This document shows, in pieces, positions 38,193 to 46,494 of a stretch of 64,000 bases of DNA. The stretch is from Pseudanabaenales cyanobacterium. Its GTDB lineage: Bacteria > Cyanobacteriota > Cyanobacteriia > Pseudanabaenales > Pseudanabaenaceae. The stretch is from the NCBI GenBank assembly GCA_038215315.1, contig JBBQRB010000001.1:3999-67998 (forward strand). The letters run 5' to 3'. The notes under the pieces are model-generated. The model saw nothing but the letters and a program-made list of their open reading frames with translations. It did no database searches and was not told where the DNA came from. Both the position numbers and the translations under genes were made by a program. The stretch's first letter is position 1; every line of letters starts with the position of its first letter.

Positions 38193-39026
38193 ATGGGAAA
38201 TATTGCATACTTAGATTGTCCGACAGGAATCGCTGGTGATATGTGTTTGGGAGCCTTAGTAAGTGCAGGTGTTCCCCTATCATATTTGCAAGACATCGTG
38301 CATCAATTAGGGCTTGATCGTGAAGTAAAGCTATGGACAGAACTCGTCCATCGTAGTGGTATTGAAGCAACTAAGTTACACGTTGAGTTACTAAACTATG
38401 GCGGTGAAGAACCTCCAACTACGGAACATGATCAATCACATTCCCATAGCCACGAACATTCCCATAAGCATGAGCATTCTCTCTCAAAACATCGCCATTT
38501 GCCTGATATTGAGAAGCTAATTAGTGGCGCAAAATTGCCAAAACAGATTGAAGTTTGGAGCTTGGCAATATTTAGAGAACTAGCGATCGCAGAAGGATCA
38601 GTGCATGGCATTCCACCCGAAGCAGTCCATTTTCATGAAGTGGGAGCGATTGATGCGATCGTTGATATTGTTTGTACTTGTGCTGGCTTGGCTTGGCTAG
38701 AAATCGATAAAATTTACTGCTCAGCCCTGCCAATAGGGGGCGGCTATGTGGACTGCGATCATGGCAAGATGCCAGTGCCAGCACCTGCAACCCTCAAGCT
38801 ATGGGAAATGCACGAAGTCACAACCTTTGATAATGGCATTCGCAAGGAACTAGTCACACCAACAGGCGCAGCGATCGCAGTCACTCTTTGTGAGCAGTTT
38901 GGCGAATATCCATTAATGAAAATCAAAAAGGTAGGGCTAGGAGCAGGCACGCAAGAGTTAGAAATCCCCAATACTCTGCGTCTATGGATTGGCAAAAGTA
39001 AGAAAAAAGATAAAAAAAAAGACTAA
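38193..39026 (+). CDS. larC: Nickel pincer cofactor biosynthesis protein LarC, N-terminal part (LarC1)
   Basis: YLDCPTGIAGDMCLGAL; His-rich tract; VHFHEVGAIDAIVD; HGKMPVPAPAT; ELVTPTGAA. Confidence 0.9.
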   Translation: MGNIAYLDCPTGIAGDMCLGALVSAGVPLSYLQDIVHQLGLDREVKLWTELVHRSGIEATKLHVELLNYGGEEPPTTEHDQSHSHSHEHSHKHEHSLSKHRHLPDIEKLISGAKLPKQIEVWSLAIFRELAIAEGSVHGIPPEAVHFHEVGAIDAIVDIVCTCAGLAWLEIDKIYCSALPIGGGYVDCDHGKMPVPAPATLKLWEMHEVTTFDNGIRKELVTPTGAAIAVTLCEQFGEYPLMKIKKVGLGAGTQELEIPNTLRLWIGKSKKKDKKKD

Positions 39027-39040
39027 TTCACCATAAAAGA

Positions 39041-39547
39041 ATGAGCAGTACAGAGTGCCGCCTATTTTTACCTTTAGATAATGATTCTATTTATAAAGTA
39101 GAAACAGTTGTAATCTTAGAAACTCAAGTCGATGACATGACATCTCAGGCGATCGCCTACACGACAGAAAAGCTATTACAAAATGATGCTCTAGATGTCT
39201 ACACACAGGCGATCACGATGAAAAAATCTCGTTGTGGAACCTTAATTACAGTCATTTGCGATCGCGATCATCAATCCATTTGTGAGCAGATTCTCTTTCA
39301 AGAAACCAGTACTTTAGGAATTAGGTTCCGATTACAAGAGCGAAAAATTCTTGACCGCCAAATATGCGAAGTTATGACTGAGTATGGCAGTGCAAGGGTA
39401 AAGATTGCCAGACGAGAGGGTTTCAAGACAGTGCAACCAGAATATGACGACTGCGCTAAACTAGCGCGATCGCAAAATATTCCACTAACTCAAATTCAGC
39501 AAGCTGTGTTTCTAGCTGGTTTAGCACTACTCAAATCCAAAAGTTAA
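39041..39547 (+). CDS. larC: LarC C-terminal part (LarC2), probably fused to LarC1 via a -1 shift
   Basis: LETQVDD; MKKSR; ETSTLGIR; YGSARVK; QPEYDDC; frame open back to 39014. Confidence 0.88.
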   Translation: MSSTECRLFLPLDNDSIYKVETVVILETQVDDMTSQAIAYTTEKLLQNDALDVYTQAITMKKSRCGTLITVICDRDHQSICEQILFQETSTLGIRFRLQERKILDRQICEVMTEYGSARVKIARREGFKTVQPEYDDCAKLARSQNIPLTQIQQAVFLAGLALLKSKS

Positions 39548-40446
39548 CTTTTGGATTTCGCTTTGATTTTTTTGCGAATATGTCTTGCACCAGCGATCGC
39601 TCCTAACGTCAGCAAGCCACCAGTCGGCGAAAAATCAAAAGGAATTGGAGTCAAATCAACACTCCCAAGAGTAAACTCTCCACTGGCTTGACCAGAATTG
39701 TCACCCAAAAATACAAAGCTAGGTGTTGTGTAGGGATTAAAAGGCAGGGGAGGGTCACTAAGCGCTGGAGCAAAGGTATACTCAACGAGCAATCCACTCA
39801 AAATTGTGCTGACCGTTGTGGGAGAAGTAACTTCATCTAGCAAGTAATTACTACCTGAGACTGTTAATCTGTAATCCTTTAGGGCAGTAGTCGTGAACGC
39901 TGCTGAATTTGCTTCAGCTGTAAAATCAGATGACTGAGCAAAAATTTCACCCGCTCTAAATCCGAGTTCTATAGCGAAATTGTCACTACTGACAACAAGG
40001 ACACTAAAAACTGCTCGTGGATTGGTGTTGTCAACTTCACTGCCTACAGTATCCAACCTAAACTTGAAGTCAAGTGAATAGCCAGTAACTCGATTAAGAG
40101 TACCAGAATTAAAAATTGTGGTGTTAAAGAAATTACTTGTTGATGGGTTGAAGTTACTGTATCCAGAATATTCAGCCAAATTTGCGGCGGTGTTTAACCT
40201 GACTCCAACACCATTAATTACAGTCTGAGAAGTTGGGGTTGGAAAGGGGAAATTGCCAGCAGCATTGCATGGTGGGGTATTGGGAGCCAAAGTAGTACAG
40301 ATTGCTCCAGATCTAATAGCAGCTAATTGAGCGTCAGGAGTTTGATTAGCTGTGCCATTGTATAGATTAATCGCACTTACGTTACTGCTCAATCCTGAAA
40401 CAAAAAATACTGCACTAGCGATCGCTGAAGTCCAAAGAGGTCTCAT
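39544..40446 (-). CDS. Secreted surface protein with PEP-CTERM-like (PFE/PFD-CTERM) sorting signal
   Basis: Signal peptide; C-terminal TPIPFDFSPTGGLL, hydrophobic segment and basic tail; possibly a choice-of-anchor Y domain. Confidence 0.75.
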   Translation of the reverse strand: MRPLWTSAIASAVFFVSGLSSNVSAINLYNGTANQTPDAQLAAIRSGAICTTLAPNTPPCNAAGNFPFPTPTSQTVINGVGVRLNTAANLAEYSGYSNFNPSTSNFFNTTIFNSGTLNRVTGYSLDFKFRLDTVGSEVDNTNPRAVFSVLVVSSDNFAIELGFRAGEIFAQSSDFTAEANSAAFTTTALKDYRLTVSGSNYLLDEVTSPTTVSTILSGLLVEYTFAPALSDPPLPFNPYTTPSFVFLGDNSGQASGEFTLGSVDLTPIPFDFSPTGGLLTLGAIAGARHIRKKIKAKSKS

Positions 40447-40502
40447 AGATGTAATCCTTAGCTAAGTTAATTCAATTTCTGAAATTTCATACTTGATTGC
40501 AA

Positions 40503-41579
40503 TTATCTGCTGACTTTAGCAGCGATCGCTTTGGCAATCTCCTTTAAAGCTTTAGCCGATGCAGAATCAGGATGACCCAACACAATTGGTACACCGCGAT
40601 CGCCACCTTCGCGGAGACTGATTTCTAGAGGCACACAACCAAGTAAATCTACACCTAGCTCCTCAGAAGTCTTCTTACCACCACCAGAACCAAAAATATC
40701 GTATTGCTTGTTAGGGCTATCAGGAGGAATGAAATAGCTCATATTCTCGACAATCCCTAGAACAGGGATGCCCATATTTTGGAACATCTTCAAGCCTTTG
40801 CGCGAATCTAAAAGTGAAACCGTCTGCGGAGTGGTGACAATTACAGCTCCTGCTAATGGCACAGACTGCGTAAGAGTCAATTGCGCGTCTCCCGTTCCTG
40901 GAGGCATATCGACAATCAAATAATCTAATTCGCCCCAATTTGCCTGATAAAGAAATTGGCGAATTACCCCATTGAGCATAGGTCCCCGCCAAACAACGGG
41001 CTGATCCTTCGCAATCAAAAATGCCATTGAGATCATCTTTACCCCATAGTTAAAGGCTGGCTCAACTACATCCGCTCCATTTTCTGCCTTAACTACCTTT
41101 ATTTGAGCAGACTCCATTCCCAACATCACAGGCACATTCGGACCGTAAATATCAGCATCAAGGATGCCCACCTTTGCGCCCATATCAGCTAGAGCAACCG
41201 CCACGTTCACCGCCACCGAAGTTTTGCCCACACCGCCTTTACCACTAGAAACGGCAAGAATGTACTTCACACCTTCAATGCCTTTTAATGAACTTGTAGG
41301 AGTCTCTGGTGTATTGATCACAGGACTATTGGCGATCACTTTGACCCATACATCTGTAACTTCAGCGATCGCTCTAATTGCAGTTTTACATTCTTGGATC
41401 AGCTCATCCCGATAGGGACTACTAGGATTGTCCATTAATAACGTGAAACTAACTACCCCATTAGCCTTGACCGTAATATCGCGCACCATCTCTGCTTCAA
41501 TAATGCTTTTTTGGCGATCGCGATCAATAATTGGGTTGAGTAAAGTTTGAATTGCTTGGACATTAGGTAAATCGGACAT
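40503..41579 (-). CDS. mrp: Mrp/ApbC/NBP35 Fe-S carrier ATPase
   Basis: SSGKGGVGKT; DADIYGPN; WRGPML; DMPPGTGDAQL; ENMSYF. Confidence 0.93.
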   Translation of the reverse strand: MSDLPNVQAIQTLLNPIIDRDRQKSIIEAEMVRDITVKANGVVSFTLLMDNPSSPYRDELIQECKTAIRAIAEVTDVWVKVIANSPVINTPETPTSSLKGIEGVKYILAVSSGKGGVGKTSVAVNVAVALADMGAKVGILDADIYGPNVPVMLGMESAQIKVVKAENGADVVEPAFNYGVKMISMAFLIAKDQPVVWRGPMLNGVIRQFLYQANWGELDYLIVDMPPGTGDAQLTLTQSVPLAGAVIVTTPQTVSLLDSRKGLKMFQNMGIPVLGIVENMSYFIPPDSPNKQYDIFGSGGGKKTSEELGVDLLGCVPLEISLREGGDRGVPIVLGHPDSASAKALKEIAKAIAAKVSR

Positions 41580-41722
41580 AACTTCAGATCTTAAAAATGC
41601 TGTGAAACTGCCAAGATTTTATTAAAGCTTAAATAAGAGCCAAAATGATTAACAAAGATTTATGCTTGTCAGTACATTAGTAGATCTAACTCACATTCAA
41701 ATATAGATAGTCAAAGAATTTT

Positions 41723-42046
41723 ATGAGCGAACAAGTAAGAGTTATTAGACCTTCTGGAAGGTTAGATGTTACGACAGCGGCTGAGTTTCGCCGTCAAGTT
41801 AGTGACATTGCTTCAGTGGCAAACCCTCCTAAATATTTATTAGTTGACCTACAAGAAATCACCTTTATGGACAGTTCGGGATTGGGCGCTTTGGTTTCTG
41901 CCCTAAAAGCATTTCGCAACAATAATGGGGAAATGGTAATTAGTGGCGCTAATGATCAAGTGCAGATGCTATTTGAGCTTACCAGCATGACCAAAATTTT
42001 TAAAATTTATACAACTGCTGACGAATTTAAAGCAACGCTAGATTAA
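41723..42046 (+). CDS. STAS-domain anti-sigma factor antagonist
   Basis: GRLD; ITFMDSSGLGALV. Confidence 0.92.
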   Translation: MSEQVRVIRPSGRLDVTTAAEFRRQVSDIASVANPPKYLLVDLQEITFMDSSGLGALVSALKAFRNNNGEMVISGANDQVQMLFELTSMTKIFKIYTTADEFKATLD

Positions 42047-42109
42047 TACCAAGTTAGAAAATGGCAACGCCATTTTCTAACTTAAAAACCCGAGAATTTT
42101 TTTGAGAAG

Positions 42110-42377
42110 CTATAAAAACCAAGAGTTGCGGTGCAAAGCGCCGCAACTCTTGGTTTTTAGTTTTGTCCAAACATTAACGGCTATACAGCCTATTACTCCC
42201 TTCCCAGTGAGAGATTAGCGGCGCTTCGCGCCGCACCGCTAATTCTTAGGTTTTAATATTTATTCTTATACTGGGAAGGGAGTAAGACTTTAAGGAATAC
42301 AGAGAAATTTTTGAAAGTGTTGCTTCGCGCCACTTTCAAAAATTTCTCTGGGTTTTATGACAGCGCAAAGTGCTGTA
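42110..42377. mobile_element. Composite of family-B and family-C elements, with a family-D MITE nested in the family-C copy
   Basis: AAAAACCAAGAGTTGCGGTGC-AAA-GCGCCGCAACTCTTGGTTTTT…GCTATA; TACAGCCTAT[TA…TA]AGACTT…TTTGAAAGTG…CACTTTCAAAA…GTGCTGTA. Confidence 0.8.
42194..42284. mobile_element. Family-D MITE with perfect TIRs and TA duplication
   Basis: TA-CTCCCTTCCCAGT…ACTGGGAAGGGAG-TA. Confidence 0.88.
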
Positions 42378-42524
42378 GCTATATTGAGAATCTATAATTT
42401 CAAGATTTTTAATGATTTATAGGAAATATTTTCAAAATTCAGTCGCTAATCTAAAGTGACTGCGCTAAGATATATGTGGGTAAGAGTTTTTAGATTGTAC
42501 GTTTGTTTTCAATATTGACAGTTA

Positions 42525-42598
42525 TTTTCTGTTTGTTTTTAACAGCCTCTCTCCAAAATCTTTATCTCTACACATCTCTGACCGTTAAATTAAGTATT
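42525..42598 (+). promoter_or_regulatory. Possible conserved rbp 5'-UTR boxes
   Basis: TTTGTTTTTAAC and TCTCTCCAAAA resemble boxes described upstream of cold-regulated cyanobacterial rbp genes; imperfect match. Confidence 0.4.
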
Positions 42599-42919
42599 AT
42601 GTCTATTTATGTTGGTAACCTCTCCTACGATGTTACAGAAGATGATTTGAAAGGCGTATTTGCAGAATATGGCAAAATTACCCGCGTTCATTTACCTATC
42701 GACCGTGAATCTGGTCGTCCTCGTGGTTTCGCTTTTGTAGAAATGACTGCGGAAAATGAGGAAGATGCAGCGATTGAAGCTCTAGATGAAGCTGAGTGGA
42801 TGGGTCGTTCGCTCAAGGTAAACAAGGCTAAGCCTCGTGAAAGCTCTGATTCCTTCGGCGGCGGTGGCGGTCGAGGTGGATTTAGAGGCGGCGGCGGCGG
42901 TGGCGGCGGTCGTTATTAA
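42599..42919 (+). CDS. rbp: RRM RNA-binding protein with Gly-rich tail (Rbp family)
   Basis: MSIYVGNLSY (RNP2); RGFAFVEM (RNP1); GGGG tail; start ATG 42599. Confidence 0.95.
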   Translation: MSIYVGNLSYDVTEDDLKGVFAEYGKITRVHLPIDRESGRPRGFAFVEMTAENEEDAAIEALDEAEWMGRSLKVNKAKPRESSDSFGGGGGRGGFRGGGGGGGGRY

Positions 42920-42923
42920 ACGC

Positions 42924-42966
42924 AAATAAAAAGAGGGGGTGTTACTTACACTCCCTCTTTTTATTT
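42924..42966. terminator. Bidirectional terminator
   Basis: AAATAAAAAGAGGGGGTGT…ACACTCCCTCTTTTTATTT between convergent genes. Confidence 0.7.
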
Positions 42967-43356
42967 GTGCTTACCTCTTTGCATAGCAGCAGCATCGCCA
43001 ACTGTGCCAAGATTTCTAATAACTTGAAACTTTCTCGCTTCTTCTAACTTTCCTAAGTCATTGTAGTTAACCCAAGCAATACAATCAACTGGGCAGGTGT
43101 CGATCGCTTCTTGTACTAATTCCTCTTGGTCGCCATCTTGAGCAATGACTCTAGCCCGTCCATGATCTTCCTCTAAAAAGAAAGTTTCACGCGCTACATA
43201 AGCACAGTGACCGCAGCCAATACAGACCGTTTCGTCTACAAAGATCGCATCTTGCCGCAAGTCACCACCCAGTTCAGGTTCAAAGCCAGAGCGATCAAGC
43301 ATCTCTGACTTTAAATCCAGATCTGAAGTTTTAGTATCTACAGATACTTTATCCAT
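42961..43356 (-). CDS. Ferredoxin (Fer4_13 type)
   Basis: VDETVCIGCGHC…AIDTCPVDCI. Confidence 0.9.
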   Translation of the reverse strand: MDKVSVDTKTSDLDLKSEMLDRSGFEPELGGDLRQDAIFVDETVCIGCGHCAYVARETFFLEEDHGRARVIAQDGDQEELVQEAIDTCPVDCIAWVNYNDLGKLEEARKFQVIRNLGTVGDAAAMQRGKHK

Positions 43357-43735
43357 GCCAGCGCTGAAGGACTAAGCGTACAGAACCATCATCTTGTACC
43401 TTTTGCTCAGAAAGTTCAAAGCCTTGCTCGTTTGACTCGCTCATGACTGTAGCGATCGCGTAGCGTTGTGTCACCTTATTTAAAAAGCTTTCGACAGTCC
43501 ATGGTTGCTGCCAAAACTGCATATCGGTGACTAAAGCATATTCAGAACCATTCCACTGAAAGCCAACGTCATAGCCATTTTCTTGCTGGATCACGACTTC
43601 GGCGATCGCGGTTGTACCTTGATGACCTCGCATGGGAGCATCGCCAGATTTCCAATCAACACCTAAAGCAGTTAGGGCAGTTTGGAGAGGCTCAAGGCTA
43701 CGGATTTGGGTTTTTACTTGGCTAAAATGTGACAT
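43349..43735 (-). CDS. ycf35: Ycf35 / DUF1257 family protein
   Basis: MSHFSQVKTQI…DVGFQWNG..Y.LV.D..FW…VTQRYA. Confidence 0.88.
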   Translation of the reverse strand: MSHFSQVKTQIRSLEPLQTALTALGVDWKSGDAPMRGHQGTTAIAEVVIQQENGYDVGFQWNGSEYALVTDMQFWQQPWTVESFLNKVTQRYAIATVMSESNEQGFELSEQKVQDDGSVRLVLQRWHG

Positions 43736-43859
43736 GGCAGTACCTTAACTTTTATGTGAACAGTGAATCCGCTAAAAGAAATTTATCGGAACAAATGCTA
43801 TACAGTGCGCCGCAATTAATCGCGTCAATATACTTACTATAGCAAGACTAAATAAAACA

Positions 43860-43927
43860 CAGAACCCAAAAAGCTGTGGCGCACGCGCAGCGTGCGCCAC
43901 AGCTTTTTGGGTTTGCCTAACTACTTA
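43860..43927. mobile_element. Family-A MITE; terminal TTA is the DUF2997 gene stop
   Basis: AACCCAAAAAGCTGTGGCGCACGCGCAGCGTGCGCCACAGCTTTTTGGGTT…AACTACTTA. Confidence 0.85.
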
Positions 43928-44158
43928 CCACTGGCTAAAGCTAGAGTTGTCATCACCTGATGCATAGTCGAGTTGTACAGCTGACTGAGATACGTCCCGT
44001 TGCCTAGCAAAATTTTCAGAAGTAAGTTCGCTACAAACTACCACTCCCAACTTTGCTTCGATCTTTGCCGTTACATCTGCACAGCTAGCTCCAATGATGC
44101 CAGTGACTCGCTCTTCGACTCGACCATCTGAATAAATAATAAATTCCAGAGTTTCCAT
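43925..44158 (-). CDS. DUF2997 family protein
   Basis: METLEFIIYSDGRVEERVTGIIGASC…IEAKLG; upstream of ycf35. Confidence 0.85.
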   Translation of the reverse strand: METLEFIIYSDGRVEERVTGIIGASCADVTAKIEAKLGVVVCSELTSENFARQRDVSQSAVQLDYASGDDNSSFSQW

Positions 44159-44302
44159 GCTGGCTCTAGTTATTGAGTTATTGAATTAATTAGTAGTTTG
44201 ACGTAAGGCTCATATAAACGTCAAGGATTTACGATTAATCAAAATACCAAAGGCTCTGGTTTTGGCACTTTAGTTTGGAGCAAGCCCCTAAGCGCCGCCT
44301 AT

Positions 44303-44407
44303 TACAGCGCTTTGCGCTCAAACCCGAACCTGCAAGATTTTTAAAAGGGTTGCTTCGCAACCCTTTTAAAAATTTTACTATGGTTCGTTTGATCGTAAAT
44401 TGCTGTA
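44303..44407. mobile_element. Family-C-type MITE (TACAGC…GCTGTA)
   Basis: TACAGCGCTTTGCGCTCAAACCCGAAC…TTTAAAAGGGTTGC-TTC-GCAACCCTTTTAAA…TTGCTGTA. Confidence 0.85.
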
Positions 44408-44483
44408 GATTCTTGGCTTTTGCTATCGCTAAGATCACAAGCTAAACTATATATAACTTCACAAAGCGATCTAACTAGCTGCC

Positions 44484-45929
44484 ATGACTGCCAATATTTT
44501 AGTCAAAGATAATCTCAGCCCCAATTCTAAAAGCTTAGAGTCTCAAGATCAGCGATCGCAAACTTTGCCTGCTGGGGGAATAGATCCTGAACGCTTTGAT
44601 TGGCTAGAGGTATGGTATCCAGTTTTTTATACAGAAGATTTGGATAAGACTAAACCGAATAAATTTACTTTGCTAGAGAGAGACTTAGTAATTTGGTGGG
44701 ATCGACATACAGCCGCATGGAAAGTTTTTGACGATCGCTGTCCTCATCGACTAGTGCCACTATCAGAAGGAAGAATTGCTGAAGATGGACTATTGGAATG
44801 TCCTTATCATGGCTGGGCGTTTAAAAGTGATGGTAGCTGCGATCGCATACCGCAACAACCAGACAACGGCTCGGCTCATACATCAAAAAGAGCTTGTGTA
44901 GCTACCTTGCCCGCCTCTGAGCGCCAAGGATTGCTATTTGTATATGCTGGCAATCCCGAAAATGCCCCTCATATCAAGATTCCTATTATTGAACCTTTAG
45001 AAAATGACAAAGGTAAATGGACACTCTTCGGGACTTTTCGCGATTTGCCATACGATGCAATTACCCTGCTAGAAAATGTCCTTGATGCTAGCCACCTCCC
45101 CTTCACACACCATAAATCTGTGGGCAATCGAGTTAACGCAGCGCCAATGGTTTTGGAAGTTATTGAATCTGATAAATTTGGATTTAAAGGAACATGGGAA
45201 GAGGGACCAAGACGGGGAAAATTGGGTCGGCAAGATACCAATTTTGTCGCGCCTTCATTAATGTGGCATGACTTAACCTCTAAACAATTTGGTCGGACGA
45301 TGACAGTGGTATACGCCACACCGACACGTAAAGGAGAATGTCGATTATTTGCGAGATTTCCTTTTCAGTTTAGTTCCGCAATTCCGAGATTCTTTATCAG
45401 CATCACCCCTCGCTGGTACTCCCATATTGGGCAAAATTCGATCCTAGAAGATGATCAAATTTTCTTGCATTATCAAGAGCGCTATCTAGAGAAAGCACTT
45501 GATAATGTCGAAAATAATGGCAACTATGCCAAGGCTTTTTATTTGGCGACACAAGCCGATACCTATGTTTCTGAATTAAGAAAATGGGTTGATCGCTACC
45601 AAGCAAATCCTTTTGCTAATGCAAAACTAAAAGCGTCTTTAACTAAACCAGTCCTTCTAGATCGCTACCATTCGCATACTTCTAAATGTGCTAGCTGTAG
45701 CAAGGCTTTGCAAAACGTCCGTAAAATTAAAACTGTGAGTCTAGCGATCGCCGCAGTATCTTGGACAGTCAGCCCTCTAATCAGCTTTCTGCTTGCTCCA
45801 AGTAATTTAATTCTAATTTTATTGAGTTCTAGTTTTGCTGTAGTTGCGATCGCTGTATGGCTTATTTGTCATAATCTAGAGCAAAAATTTCTTTACGGTC
45901 AAGAAACTCCGTTACGCAACTTGTCGTAA
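44484..45929 (+). CDS. Rieske oxygenase, pheophorbide a oxygenase (PaO) family
   Basis: CPHRL…CPYHGW Rieske motif; ENVLDASHLPFTH; HTSKCASC; C-terminal TM segments. Confidence 0.9.
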   Translation: MTANILVKDNLSPNSKSLESQDQRSQTLPAGGIDPERFDWLEVWYPVFYTEDLDKTKPNKFTLLERDLVIWWDRHTAAWKVFDDRCPHRLVPLSEGRIAEDGLLECPYHGWAFKSDGSCDRIPQQPDNGSAHTSKRACVATLPASERQGLLFVYAGNPENAPHIKIPIIEPLENDKGKWTLFGTFRDLPYDAITLLENVLDASHLPFTHHKSVGNRVNAAPMVLEVIESDKFGFKGTWEEGPRRGKLGRQDTNFVAPSLMWHDLTSKQFGRTMTVVYATPTRKGECRLFARFPFQFSSAIPRFFISITPRWYSHIGQNSILEDDQIFLHYQERYLEKALDNVENNGNYAKAFYLATQADTYVSELRKWVDRYQANPFANAKLKASLTKPVLLDRYHSHTSKCASCSKALQNVRKIKTVSLAIAAVSWTVSPLISFLLAPSNLILILLSSSFAVVAIAVWLICHNLEQKFLYGQETPLRNLS

Positions 45930-45975
45930 AGCCCAAAGAATTGCGGCGATGGGCGCTGCAATTCTTTGAGGGGAT

Positions 45976-46488
45976 TCAAATAACTTTTCCTAAAATTATT
46001 AAACTTTGGTCTACACCATCTAGTTCAGCAACGTGTGGCAAAAATCCCCATTCCACAAATCCGTATCGCTTAAACAATCGACAACTAGCAATATTATGAG
46101 CAAATACAAATCCTACAAGTTTAGATATAGCCAGTTGGGGACAAACAGCGATCGCATAATCAAGTAATTTATTGCCAATTCCTTTACGTTGGTAATCAGA
46201 ATCGACGTAGATACTAACTTCTGCTGTTTTGTGGTATGCAGGACGACCATAAAACATTTGGAAACTAAGCCAGCCAATTATCTTTTCAGTTTGGTCACTC
46301 ATAATATTGCGATCGCCAATAGTCATCACCCAAACTGGGTAACGATCATCATGGGCGCGAAACCAAGCACGGCGACTCTCAACCGTAATAGGCTCAAGAT
46401 CAGCCGTAGCTATCCGCGACGGGATAGCGGCATTATAAATTTCAATAATTTGCGGTAGATCTGCCTCTATTGCTATCCGAATTTTCAT
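45976..46488 (-). CDS. GNAT acetyltransferase (phosphinothricin/MnaT-like)
   Basis: IIEIYN; RPAYHKTAEVSIYV; QRKGIG; HNIAS..LF. Confidence 0.88.
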   Translation of the reverse strand: MKIRIAIEADLPQIIEIYNAAIPSRIATADLEPITVESRRAWFRAHDDRYPVWVMTIGDRNIMSDQTEKIIGWLSFQMFYGRPAYHKTAEVSIYVDSDYQRKGIGNKLLDYAIAVCPQLAISKLVGFVFAHNIASCRLFKRYGFVEWGFLPHVAELDGVDQSLIILGKVI

Positions 46489-46494
46489 AGATAA

